From Chrysomallon squamiferum (Eukaryota > Animalia > Mollusca), in NCBI GenBank assembly GCA_012295275.1, contig CM022674.1, forward strand, positions 12,648,001 through 12,712,000: a stretch of DNA of 64,000 nt. Direction: 5' to 3'. Shown here piece by piece: positions 41,076 through 54,942 of this stretch. The stretch's first letter is position 1, and each line of letters begins with the position of its first letter. A model generated the notes under the pieces. It was not told the origin of the DNA. It ran no database searches and saw nothing but the letters and a program-made list of their open reading frames with translations. A program made the position numbers and the translations under genes.

Positions 41076-42371
41076 TTAATGGTATTAAATCCAGCTTCAT
41101 CTGCCAGCCTGTGTAACATCTTCATCCTTTCTTACTTAGTCGATAATCTGATCTATACATTTGTAGTGGGAACGTGAATTCCCGCCACAAAGAAAGTGTC
41201 TGCTTCCATCAGTTTAGCTTTTTATTGAGAGCAAATAGGATTGATTTGCTAACTATCGCCACCTTTGTACCATCGGCCTCCTCGTCTGTGGATAATGACA
41301 ACATAAAACACGGCTAGAATTAGTCTGGTAATAGTTTGCGTTGGGCTGGCTTCCATTGAAACTGATGTGTGTTTCTAATCAGTGGCTTTAAAGACTTGCA
41401 AATCGAGAGTGTTATCATGAAGTCATTACACCGTTCCGAACATCTCCTCGAGAGATTTCTATCTTTCGACTTTGGCAATTGATTTTAAAAAAAAAAAACA
41501 TCTTGTGTGTGTATATGTGTATGTGTGTGTGTGTGTGTGTTTGTATTGATCCACTTTTCTTCAGTAATTGTTTTTTTTTTTTCCTGGATATTTGTGCGTC
41601 TTGTTGCTGACTAATAGACAGGTAGGTAGTCGATTCAAATCTCATAATTGGCTTTTTGGTGTACAATGTTTTTTAATTTTCTTATCATTCTGTTAATCAT
41701 TATCTTCCAGTTACAGATATCATTATGTGGGTAGTTGATTCAAATCTTGTAATAGGCTGCTGTTGATGTAACTATGTACAATTTTTTTTTTTGTTATTTT
41801 CTTTTCTTATGATTCTGTGAATTATTAATTTCTGGTTATAGTTATCATTATGTAGGTAGTTGGTTCAAATCTTGTATACTGCATGCAATCATAATTATAA
41901 TTATAGAGAACCCTATTTCTTGTTATTATTTTATGATTCAGAAATTCACAATATCTACATACTGTTTATGATTATTTGTTTTAAGTATCAGGTACAAATC
42001 TTAGATTGACTGAGTGACTGTCATTGTTAATACATGCAACATTGTATAAATAATTTTTTTTTCAGATTTGGAAATTAACTATCTTTAAATTATGATCATT
42101 ATTATTAGATATCCATTTTCAGTGTTGTATGTCTTGTATAGCAAGGATATCTGAATTTTAATTTTTTTTTTTTGCTGTGTTGAAACTAGATTGTAAATAA
42201 TATAGCTTTTGATGAAAAAAAAGAAAAAATAATAATAAATAAAAATATTATAATAATAAAAAAAAAAATAATAAATAAAATAAAACAAATCACTTAATAA
42301 AATAATATTAAAATAAAAATAAAATAATCCAACAAAAAAAAAAAAAAAAAAAAAAAAAAATAAAGTAGTAG

Positions 42372-42416
<45 letters not shown>

Positions 42417-43217
42417 AATGAACTGATTAAAATGTTTTTCCTGTGAATTTAATTTCCACCTACAACACTAATTATGTTTTTCTCTCAGTTTATTCATGTT
42501 TTGTACTCTTTATTTTGTCATAAAAAATACTCTAAAACTTCTCTCTTTTTTTCTTTCTTTCTTTCTTCTTCTTTTTTTTCAAACTTAATTTTAAATCACT
42601 ATAACATGGGCCAGTAATCATCCAACCAATGGCAGAACACAACTGAATTATGTCTGAATGCTGTAGCTGTATTTCCTCCATTGAGCAAGAGCACCAGAGC
42701 ATTCATGCAGCTACTGCAGTATTACTGAAAACTAATTAGATAAATATTTTCTAAACACACAGCTTTCACAGATGAACTTACTGGAGTGAACATGATGTGT
42801 TCAAGATGTTACTGAAAAAAAATGTAAAACAGTCTTTCCTTCCTTCCTTCTTTGTCTTTCCTATAATCTCTGTTTCTTTCTGTTGTTCCTTCTCTTTATC
42901 TCTGAATTCAGTTCTCACCATTTTACTTCTTATCTTCATCATCTTTCTAATTTTTATTTTTATATATTTATTATTATTATTTTTGTGGCTTATTTGTAAT
43001 CTATAAACATATTCTGATATATAAATAAATCATATTAAGGCATCTGCATAAATAAACACATATAACCATACCTAATGAATTATGCTCCTTCATATAGAGA
43101 TACATGATCTTGTCTTACATAAATATGTACACAGGCATGTATTTTACATAAGTACATATTTTTACACATGGATATATTCTTAGACAAACATACATACATA
43201 CACACCCACGTGTTCAT

Positions 43218-43254
<37 letters not shown>

Positions 43255-44077
43255 CACATGCACACACACACACACACACATACACACACAAAGAACATAT
43301 GTCACACCACACACATGTGTACATACACACATATATGATGTACCACAAAAATATCACACACATAGACAAATAAGCAGATACATACACAAAAATATTCTCA
43401 TGCAGAAACACATATTTTTAACGTAAAGCTATACACTCAGAGAAATCTATACAAAGTCACTTTACATATGTGCAACGTATACATATTCATTAAAATATAA
43501 ACAAAACAACAGAAGTTATGAAAATCATCTACAGCAATGTAAAAAAGAAAAAACGCTGAGCTTCATGTATCTTTTCTCCTAAAACAAGCATGTTCTTCCT
43601 ACTTTTAGCAACGTGATGTTAAACAGATGTGTATTCTGTCGCCATTGCTGGCTGTTTGTTTTTAGTTCACTCTGCATGTAATTACCTCAATACCATAACT
43701 TCCACAGACACACAGACTCACAGACACACAGACTCACATCTCTTGTTTGCACAGGCTGATAAAAACTTAAATAGAAATAAGCTTCAGAAGATTAAATTAT
43801 AAATTTATTTCAGTTTCGTTCATTCTCTGTAATTATTTTAACTGTGTGTAGGTTTGATTTTAAAAAGCCCTGTGGAATTTTAATGTTTGTTTATCATGAA
43901 ATTTATATTGGTACTTAATTTTCTTGCTTTTGAAATGGCAGATACTTAATAGATATAATAATAATTATTATTGTTATTATTATTATTTATTTATTTATTT
44001 ATTTAATTTTTTTTTTTTTGTAAACCTGATTTTTGTAGGACTTTATTATTAAAAAAAATACAATCATTTTGAAATAT

Positions 44078-44116
<39 letters not shown>

Positions 44117-44315
44117 TGTATTTTATGGGCATGTAGACTGCATGAATAATTAAATAAAAACATTAACTTGTTTATTTATATACACACAACATGCATGCAC
44201 ACATACACACACACATCAATACTCATACACATACATACATACATACTTTATATACATATGTATATACATACGTACATACACAAATATACATATATATCAC
44301 CACACATGCATGCAT

Positions 44316-44367
<52 letters not shown>

Positions 44368-44582
44368 GCAAACAAAATCATATGACAGTAATTATGTATC
44401 CAAAACACAAACAATTTGCTGCTTTAAAAACAAACAACAGCCACACAAAATATCAAAACAAGAAGAAAAAAATAGGGTTTTTTTCAGCTCTATCATTTAA
44501 CTGTAGCAATTTGGCAAATGATTAATATCTCTAAAAACAAAAATGTATACTTGAAGATAATTCCTTCTATTGCCAGCCATTT

Positions 44583-44672
<90 letters not shown>

Positions 44673-46120
44673 GGTAACACATGAAAACAGGCTTATCTCT
44701 CAGTCATGTGCAGCATTTGCCAGAAGACATAAAAACCGAATTGGTGATAAACTTTTGTTTTGTGTTGTTGCTGTAGTCGTGAATGCCGTGTGGAAGCAGC
44801 AGCCACCTGCTTGGAACCATGTCAGAATTTGATAGCTGCAGATTTCCATGTGGTTCCTGCCAGTCTTGAACATGTTATATTGGTTAATCTGTGAGTGCCA
44901 GGCCCAGGTCTACACAGACTGATAGGGGGAGGGGGGGGAGTTTAAATATTAATAGAAAGAGGCGGGTTTTGGATGTGGTGCAGCCATTTTTATTTTGAAA
45001 ATTAATTATTATTATTTTTTTTTTTATATATATATTTGTTTTATTGTTTTGTCATTTTGTTAAAATGTTAATTAAAGTAAGAGAAAACACAAAACTGCAG
45101 GATTGCCCAGCAAGTGTCTAAATTTACAGAAACCTTGTATGACTGCTAACTTTAAATAGGACCTAATATTTTTCAAATGAAATGAAGTTAATAAATAGAT
45201 AATAAATAAAATTAAAATAAAAAATAAACAAAAGTAATTACTGTTATATGCATAATGTACATTATGTTATAAAGCCACAACTTAGATAATAAAATTATGA
45301 TAATATGTACAAGGTGATGCCATTTTGGTTACAGTTTGAAAATAGTGTTCAGACATTTATTAAAATACTACTACTACTACTACTACTACTGTCATTTTCA
45401 CCACCATTGCCACTAATACTACTACCTATTGCTGTTACTGCTACTAGTACATTGCTACTACTACTACTACTACTGCTGCTGCTGCTATTGATATAAATGT
45501 TATTAGTAGTATTGCTATTACTACAACTACTGTAGTTATTACTGCTGTTATTATAATACTACTGTTATTATAATACTACTGCTGCTACTATTTTATTGGA
45601 ATGGTAATATATTGAATAATATCAATATTAGTGCTAATCATATACTAATAATAACACTTGCAGCAGTATTATAACTAATAATAATAAAATGAGAATTTAA
45701 AAAACAAAAACACCAAAAACACTATTAAATAATTTACCAACTGCAACACCATTTTTTTTCTTTTTACCCTTTACTTGTTGTTAATATTGGAACAGCCCTC
45801 AGATGTGACTTGTTATGTGTTTAGGTTAACTTGGCAGTGTGGTGTATCATATATTGTGTATTAAACTATGCATATACAGCTTTTATTGGCTTCAGCCAGT
45901 GTGAATTTCACAGCTGAAAGCAATTACAGTGTTATCTTGCATGCAGTGTATGGGGTTTAAATGTATGTTTTCTTTTTCTTTGTTAGGTGTTTACTTACCA
46001 ATTGCTTTGTTTCTTTGCTTGGTTTTCAGATGTTTATGTTAAATGCAGAATGACAGTTATTTAAAAAAAAAAAAAAATGTATATTTATATATAGAAAAGA
46101 AAAAATATGTAAACTAAAAT

Positions 46121-46158
<38 letters not shown>

Positions 46159-47416
46159 TTAATAACGTTATTTTTAAAATAAGTTAAAATAATTATTCAT
46201 TTAATAGAAATAATAATAATAATAAAAAATATCTTAACCAAACAAATCCCCTTCAAAAAAAAAAAAAATCAACAAATAATTAAATTATTTTTTTAAACCA
46301 ACGTTCATTCCCTTTGTTTCATTTCGTCATTACAACGGACGACATTTAACCCCTAACCTGTAACACACAGTGAGAGATAACCAAGAAAAATCTGCACAAC
46401 AAACATGTCTGCCATTTCTCATAACTCAGTGTGGAGATAACTCTTGCTCTCCAAACGCTGAACTCTCCTGACAGCGAGGAACAATTGTATTTAGCGATCA
46501 CATGATCAATAACACACTGATGGTAATGACATTTATCTCTGATTGGCTGACTGGCCAGTTATCTGCGACTTGATGAACCAACTTGACTTGCTTGACAGGA
46601 TGTTGATGGGGAAATAGGTTGTCGAATTAAAAATTAATGGATGGGTTGTGTATTGATTTAGAGCGTTACGTTTTGATATAAAAGAATAAAGCTAAAAGGT
46701 ATTTAAGCAAAAATAACATATTTGTTATTTGAATTTATAATTCGAATGATTTGGTGTCTATTTGTAATATTTAAATTTTTTTTTTTAAAAACAAAACTAT
46801 TTTCTGATTTTTAATAAATATATATATTTTATTTTTATTACAACATTTTTTAATTTTCTTTTTCCCATTATTATTATTATTATTATTATTATTGTTGTTA
46901 TTTTTGTTTGTTGTTTTTTTTATATATTTTTTTATTATTACTAATTTTATTATTATTACTATTATCATTGTTATTTTTTTAATTTATTTTTTTAATTATA
47001 TATCTTTAAGCATTTTTTTTTTTTTATTGACATTTATTGACCAGTAATTTTTATTACTATTTTTAAACATTTTAATTTATTTTAACACAGGTGCCTGAAG
47101 TATTAATTTGCACATAAAAATGTAAATAACAGTTTGTGATGAGAAATCAATAGACAGGTAACAGCTGTTGTAATTGGTTTGTCTACAAAGTTACCTGTAC
47201 AACAAATAATAACACATATTTAACTTCATCTGTGAAATAAATAATATATGTACCACACAGTGGTAATTACAGGCTAATAGCACATTATCATTAGCAATGA
47301 TTAAGTAAGAAATATGAAAAAACATATTTTTGGTCTTTATGTGTATGATTTTGTTCTTTCCTTCTTTATTTTCTCCACTGTAACTTTCTCTCTTTCTTTC
47401 CTTCTCCCTTTCTTTG

Positions 47417-47482
<66 letters not shown>

Positions 47483-48785
47483 CTTTCTTTTTCTCTAGTC
47501 TCTTCAGTTAATTCTAAGCCACAGTATAAATAGAAATAGCTTACATTAACCTAATGTATACAAATAAATAAATGACATCTTATTTGTAATTGTTGTCATA
47601 ATATTAATATTTTACAAAGTGTCCATTAAAACTAATATTTGACAAGTTGTATCAGCCTAGCCACATATGTAAAAGAAATATTTATAATACCTCTAGTAAA
47701 ATGTAAAAATCATTGATATTCTACCAGTGTATAAATATAAATCATTATGGTTGTGGCCAACATTTGATATTTGTTCCTAAAGATCAGTGTATTGCTATTC
47801 TTAGAAGTAATCAGAAAACATTTATTCTGTCTAGGACCCTTTATGAACGAAGAACCAAACATCTAACCTAACATTATAAAAACATTGACATTTTAGAATG
47901 GCATTTTTCTTGAAAATAATACTTGTAACCATTACCAATATTTTTCATTTTTTTTCGTAAACTAGATTGTGGGTCATTCTTCTGAGTAACTTTATTGTCT
48001 GTAGCTCTTTTTTTTTTTTTTTTTTTAAGAATCATCCTGAATACCTCATATATGTTGTAAAAATATTGACACTGTTTTAGCATTTATGTTGAAATAATAC
48101 TATAACCACGACCAAGCCTTTAAATTTTTGTTCATCCTCAGAAATAATTCTTAAGGATTTATTTATCTCTACTCATTAATGTATGAAGAACTGTCAAATT
48201 TAAAAGCATCCACATTCTAGCAGCACAAGTGTGTATAAAACATTAAAAAACTGATCCAGCATTTTAACTTCTCTTGGAAGTAACCAGCCATTAAGCGTTT
48301 ATTCTGATCTGAGCCCGAACGTGTTAAAGAACCATGTGTAATATCTCTACCGTAATGTTATAAAAACACTGACATTCTAGCAGGGAAGGTATGTCGAAAA
48401 CGAGCATTTCCCCCTTGTTTATTTTTACTGTGATGAGTGCCTGATGATAAGCAAAACATTCGTCAGTTTATTTCTGAGTAATCTACACTCGGAGGTTTGC
48501 TTGTGCCAGATAAAACTTCATCATCAACTTTGCCGAGAGAAGTGTGTTACGTTCTGATTGCATGTTTAGTTTCACGATCAATTTTCTCTGACTAAAGAGC
48601 TCGTAAATAAACTCCCCACTGTCAAAACTGTGAGCAGAGACGTTGTGTAGAGTTTAGTGAGAGGGTGGAAAATACACTTGCTCAATAGAGATTACAGCTT
48701 TGAAGAAGAAATCTTTTATAGATTAGTTTACAGTGAGGAGCGCTGAAAAGATTAACTTGGTTTTGGTTTCGTTGGGTTGTAGAGG

Positions 48786-48846
48786 TGTAGTATTGCGGTT
48801 ATAAAGCAGTTATGTGTGGAATATGTCTCTCAAGATATCAGTTTAA

Positions 48847-48889
<43 letters not shown>

Positions 48890-48948
48890 ATACTGCAGTT
48901 ATAAAACAGTTATGTGTGGAATATATGTCTCTCAAGATATCAGTTTAA

Positions 48949-48992
<44 letters not shown>

Positions 48993-49118
48993 TACTGCAG
49001 TTATAAAACAGTTATGTGTGGAATATGTGTCTCTCAAGATATCAGTTTAAATATATGTCAAGATATGCAGTTTAAAAAGTTATGTGTGGAATATGTGTTT
49101 CTCAAGATATCAGTTTAA

Positions 49119-49162
<44 letters not shown>

Positions 49163-49545
49163 TATTGCAGTTATAAAACAGTTATGTGTGGAATATATGT
49201 TTCTCAAGATATCAGTTTTAAATATAGTGTGTGTGTGTGTGTATTGCAGTTATAAAACAGTTATGTGTGGAATATATGTCTCAAGATAGTAGGTTTAAAT
49301 ATATGTGTGTGTGTGTGTGTGCACGTGCACTTGCGTGTGCGTGTGTGTGTGTATCTGTGTGCATGTGTGTGAGTGAGTGTGTGTGTGTGTGCATGTGTGT
49401 GTGTGTGTGTGAGTGTGTGTGTAGGTGTGTAATACTGCAGTTATAAAACAGTTATGTTTGGAATGTATATCAAGATATCAGTCTAAATGTGTGTGTGTTT
49501 GTGTGAGTAATGCATTTATGAAACAGTTATTTATGGAATATATCT
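48786..49545. repeat. Compound minisatellite: ~62 bp block + variable (TG)n, ~8 copies
   Basis: TGCAGTTATAAAACAGTTATGTGTGGAATATATGTCTCTCAAGATATCAGTTTAAATATA then (TG)n. Confidence 0.95.
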
Positions 49546-49919
49546 ATTTTTTTTCTATCTTACTGTCTGTCTGTCTGTCTGTCTTTTTTCTGTGTAGTCA
49601 ATGCTATATTTTAAAATGTTATTTTATAATCACACATCATCATGTAAGTCAGATTATAACTTTAGTGGTGCAAATTGGTGGTATGGCTTATTTTAGTTTT
49701 GTTTCACATACGTACATAACTGAGTTTATTAAACAGTCTGTGAATGGAATAAGTTTCTGTATTACACACACAGACAGACAACTGTGACAGCTATAACCCA
49801 GTAAAGACTGAGACAGAGGAGATCTAGTTTATAATCATCCATCTTCTCTTTATTAACACACAGTCTGGCTTGTCAGAATCGCTGTACTGTCTGATACAGT
49901 CATTACAGCATTTAGGTAC

Positions 49920-50420
49920 AGACATATCCTAGAGATAATAATCATTATATAATTTATTTATATTGTCTGCATATGTTTACAGAGATATCCTAGTGTCTGC
50001 AAGAGATAATAATCATTAGATAATTTATTTATATTGTCTGCATATGTTTAAAGATATATCCTAGTGTCTGCAAGAGATAATAATCATTGTATAATTTATT
50101 TATATTGTTTGCATATGTTTAAAGATATATCCTAGTGTCTGCAAGAGATAATAATCATTATATAATTTATTTATATTGTCTGCATATGTTTATAATGTCT
50201 GCAAGAGATAATAATCATTATATAATTTATTTATATTGTCTGCATATGTTTACAGAGATATCCTAGTGTCTGCAAGAGATAATAATCATTATATAATTTA
50301 TTTATATTGTCTGCATATGTTTATAGAGATATCCTAGTGTCTGCAAGAGATAGATAATAATTATTATAGAATTTATTCATAGTGTCTGCATTTATTTGTA
50401 TAGATATCATACAAGAGATA
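49920..50420. repeat. 71 bp minisatellite, ~6-7 near-identical copies
   Basis: GAGATAATAATCATTATATAATTTATTTATATTGTCTGCATATGTTTACAGAGATATCCTAGTGTCTGCAA at 49932, 50003, 50074 and onward. Confidence 0.95.
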
Positions 50421-50464
50421 TTTTAGTACAGCCATTATATTTCTTTATAGAGAAATGAAAAAAA

Positions 50465-50690
50465 GATAAAATCACAACCAAATTTGATAGTCAGTGATAA
50501 AATCATAACCAATTGATAATGATAAAATCACAACCAAATTTGATAGTCAATGATAAAATCATAACCAAATGATAATGATAAAATGACAGCCTAATGATGG
50601 ATTATGATATAATCACATAATAGATGATAACATATCAACTCAAATGATCAGATGATGATCAAATATCAGTCAAATGACAGACAATGTTAA
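50465..50690. repeat. ~25-30 bp degenerate repeat
   Basis: GATAAAATCACAACCAAAT(T)TGATA units. Confidence 0.75.
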
Positions 50691-51900
50691 TATGTCACAA
50701 CCATACTGTAGATGAAATGAGAACCAAATGAAAAATGAAAAACGAACTTCCAAATAGCAAAGCCTGAACATCCAGCCATTGTAATAAGATTTTGAAGTGT
50801 TCTGAAATCAATATCTCTAGATCACTATCTTGTGTGACATAACGTAATGTGATCAGTCATTCACAGATCTTTGTGTTAAATTAATGTATCGATACTGTGT
50901 GGGCAAGTGTGATATACCAGCTGTACCGATACACTCGTAGAAATCTATGTGATTGTACTTTGTAGAATGAAATAGTTTATGAGATGTAACAATTGTTTTG
51001 TGAGTTTCTGGGGGCTGAAGGTCAGAGTGTTTTTGTACAAGTTGAGTTTTAAACAGAAAATACTTTTATGAGTGGTTTGTGATTGGAACATTTTTATACT
51101 CTTGAACATTTTTTTTGTTTTTTGTTCTGTTGGTAGTTTTTCAGGATATTATGTTAGAAAGGAAACCTAAAAAACCAGAAAGAAATGAACATAGGTGTGT
51201 GTTTGTGTTTGTGTGGCTTAGCTTAAGTCCTAATGAATGACCAGCTGCTGGATCTGTGCAAACTAGTGATCTCATTGATATATTTAATGTTCTAACCATT
51301 GCTCCACGATTCTTTTATTTACTTTCATGCCTATAGGAAATTACATATAAAAATCCTTATAGAAGGAAGGGGGGTTGCCTTTTGTTCCATATTCTGACAT
51401 AAAACATGTAAGTGTGATACCTAAAAATAAAGTAATTGTATGCTGCTTTTATCTCAATTTTTCCATTTAAAACCCAGTATTATTTTCTAATTCATTAAAA
51501 CCAAACAATAATCAGAATATCCATTCAGAGAGATATCACACATAGATCACTCGCTGTGTAAATGCTCACAACTGTGTATATAAAACATACTCCACTGGCG
51601 AGATATTATCAGTATATTAATAACTGTGTGTGTTTATAACCTTGTATAAAACACTCATGTGAACTATGTTATTTTTATTCATTAGGCTGTGTGAGATTTG
51701 TAGAACAAGCCGTGGGTCAAAAGATCAATCCTGTTAAGTGTTTGTATCAGTCTAATTCCTGTTCTAACTTGTGACCCATGACTGACATATGAACAAGATG
51801 GGGTAAAGGTTTAAGTGTTTTGATATTATTTTATATTGTTAATCGTTAAACATTCATTTCTTTATGGAACCTTTTATTATTTGTTAAGTAATTAACACTA

Positions 51901-52358
51901 GTAGCAAGTAGTTCAGTGGTTAAAGTGCTATCCTGAGGTATTTAATTTTAGGATCATATCCCGATCCAGTCACTGCTCCAGATCTGGAATTTTGTTAAAG
52001 ATTGTGTGTTTCCAGAAAATTATATCACAGAAATGAAAAGATCTCTTGTTGTCAGATTTAATTATTAATTGAACTGGCAGCAGCAAATTGGCTTTTATAT
52101 AAGTAATAATATAATTGATACAGTAATGTACAGATTTCTTTTCATAAAATCATAAAAGTAAATATATAACTAGTAAAGAATTAATACAGTAATGCATAGA
52201 TATCTTTTCATAAAATCATAATAAAAATAAACACAAGTGGTAATATAACAATATAAAAAGGGACTGCCTTTCATGAAATCATTCTACAGAAACATATGGC
52301 TGATAATAATAAATTAATATAAAATTCGACCAAGATGTTGTTAAACATCCATTCATTT
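51901..52358 (+). mobile_element. Decayed tRNA-derived SINE (Nin-domain-like)
   Basis: A-box-like TAGTTCAGTGG (51909) and B-box-like GGATCATATCC (51951). Central AAAAGATCTCTTGTTG and tail TGTTGTTAAACATCCATTCATT resemble mollusc SINEs as recalled; not database-checked. Confidence 0.5.
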
Positions 52359-53275
52359 ATCTGATTTGTAACTAAAAAATTTTTTTTTTTTTTTTTTTTT
52401 TTTTAGCACACCATAAAATTAACTTGAGCAGAACTGAATCCCTGTAACTTAACTGATTTCTTTAAAAAAACATAATAACAATTTCTTGCTGACTTTTAAT
52501 GGCCTCCTGTCTAACCACACTTAGAAGTTATCTTGGTATTGATTGCGAGGAAGTTGGGTTTAAAATATCAATGCAGGCCTATTGACTGCGTAGCAGTGAT
52601 GTTGTATAATTCATGCCATGCTGTTGATGTCTTCTGAGATGATGGTGAGAGAAAATGGCTGGCTAGTTTGTTCAGGAAATTAATTTGCTCGACTAAGTGT
52701 GTTTTTGATGCTTAAAGATGTGATCAGATTATATGCAGCTTTTTTCTTCTTTTTTTTTTTTCTCTCTCTTTAAGTGGTTTTTATGATAGGGAAATTTTTT
52801 TAAATTAAAAGATTTGTTTGGATTTTATTTTATTTTATTTTATTTTATTTTTATTTTATTTTATTTTAATTTAATTTAATTTAATTTAATTTAATTCTGA
52901 TTTAAGAATAACTAATTTTGTATATATTAATTAAATGATTTGTATTGTGAAATGTAATTTAAAGAATTTTTTTAATTTATAAAATTAATGTTAGAACTCT
53001 TAAGGTAAAATTTGAAGAAGATACTAAAAAACTGTAACCTCTTTTAATCATGTTTTATCTCTTTCAACATAGCAACATCTTTTGTATAATAAATATATCT
53101 TTTATTTTTCTTTTTTACTTTTTTTATATAGAAATTCAAAAAAAAATTTTATTTTAATATTTTTTCAAATCTGTCATCATTTTATCATTCTCTTTTATCT
53201 CTAATTCATTTCTTCTTATTCATTTTTTTTCTCTCCTTTTCTGGTTTCATTAACTCTCTTCTTTTCATTCTTCCA

Positions 53276-53309
<34 letters not shown>

Positions 53310-53419
53310 TAAAAACTCAACCCATTCTTCTCATTTCTAAAAAATTAAAATAAAAATTAAAATAAAAATTAAAATAAAAATTTAAAAATAAAAGTCACCA
53401 CCATCTAAACATAAAATGT

Positions 53420-53950
53420 CACAAAACTCCTTTGACATTAAGAAATTAGCAAAAAACGTGGCTTTCGGTCACCTTCCCGATTTGAAAAGACATTCGCCTG
53501 TCGTGTTGTTGTGTGTTTTTTTTCGTGACATTACGGCAGATGGAAGTAATATTTTGCCTCCATTGTCTGCGGAATTGATTGCCTGTCGGAGTGGATGGGG
53601 TGTGTGTGCTGCCAGCCAACTTGGGGCTTAAGGGCCGCGATTGAGTTAAGAGCGATATTGTCACAAATGATAGAAAGAAACGAAGGATCCGGGCGCAGGG
53701 GGTCAGTGTGGAATTCCTCGGCTTGTGGTGAATGGACTCCGCACTCCGGCCAATTACCGGACGTGGACGTTACATCGGACGAGAGTAATAAAATTATTGG
53801 CTGTTTTTGGTGTTTTCCACCACGCGACACTTGAGAACCGTGATTCGGTGGTTGAATAATCCAAGATAGGGGAATTAGCTTGGGTGACTTGAGGCTTCCA
53901 TTTCTGTTGCCATAGCAACAGCAGGGATTGGTATTATTTCACTGCTGACC
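53420..53950. promoter_or_regulatory. CpG-rich intronic island, candidate internal promoter
   Basis: Most CpG-dense non-coding stretch by eye. CCAAT at 53750-53754, reverse CCAAT (TTATTGGCTG) at 53794-53803, GC-box-like GGGCGCAGGGG at 53691, X-box at 53906-53919. Confidence 0.55.
53906..53919. promoter_or_regulatory. RFX X-box GTTGCCATAGCAAC
   Basis: One mismatch to the palindromic X-box GTTGCCATGGCAAC. The palindrome extends to CTGTTGC-CATA-GCAACAG. Confidence 0.6.
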
Positions 53951-54065
53951 TGTCTGTTTGCAGGGTTTTGTTTCTGTTGATTTTCGTATTTTTGTTTTTA
54001 ATTTTTTTTAATTAATAATTTAAAAAAAAAATAATAATAAAAAAAAATACTATTTTTTATTTTTA

Positions 54066-54112
<47 letters not shown>

Positions 54113-54192
54113 TTTATTCTTATTTTTTTTAATTTTTTTATTTATGAACTCTTTTAAAATTATATATGTTTCAAACATGCAACAATACTGAT

Positions 54193-54247
<55 letters not shown>

Positions 54248-54423
54248 GACAGTCCAGAAACACATTTTTTTCATTAATAAAAGTCTACAAGATTAAGAAC
54301 ACACGACAAGACACGTATAATCAGTTATCAAACTTGAAAGAGAAAGTAATTTTCTCATCTGTCAGAAACTAGTATTAACTCTCATAATGATGTGATTAGA
54401 ACGCACTGAAATCATTACAAGCG

Positions 54424-54437
54424 GTTGCTATGGTAAC
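54424..54437. promoter_or_regulatory. RFX X-box GTTGCTATGGTAAC
   Basis: Full match to consensus GTHNYY-AT-RRNAAC, ~500 bp from the first X-box. Confidence 0.55.
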
Positions 54438-54495
54438 AGCCAAAATCTTATTGTTGACATGGTGTGGCCAAAATGAAAATGCATAGATATGTGTG

Positions 54496-54547
<52 letters not shown>

Positions 54548-54899
54548 ACACAGACAAACAACACAGACATGTACATACATATGCATAGACAGATGCATAC
54601 ATATAAACATATACATATACACCATCCCATCTCCACCCAAAATACCCATATAAAAAAAAAAAACATTACAATCAGTAACACACACAAACACACACACACA
54701 CACAAATACATACATGTGTATACACACATCCATACATATACACACACACACACATATTATATACACCCTTATATACACACAAATATTACATGCACACACG
54801 CACACACGAACTCACACACAGACTGGCACACATTCAAGCATACCTTCACTCATATGCACACATCCACACAATCAAAAATGTACATATACACAAAGGCCC

Positions 54900-54942
<43 letters not shown>

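Noticed and set aside
48428-48480. C/D box snoRNA-like GTGATGA...CTGA
   Set aside because: Only ~50 nt between boxes, no terminal stem and no recognisable rRNA guide.
53416-53834. Overlapping 71-99 aa ORFs in the CpG-rich island
   Set aside because: Expected from higher GC on both strands; no similarity to RERE or any family I recognise.
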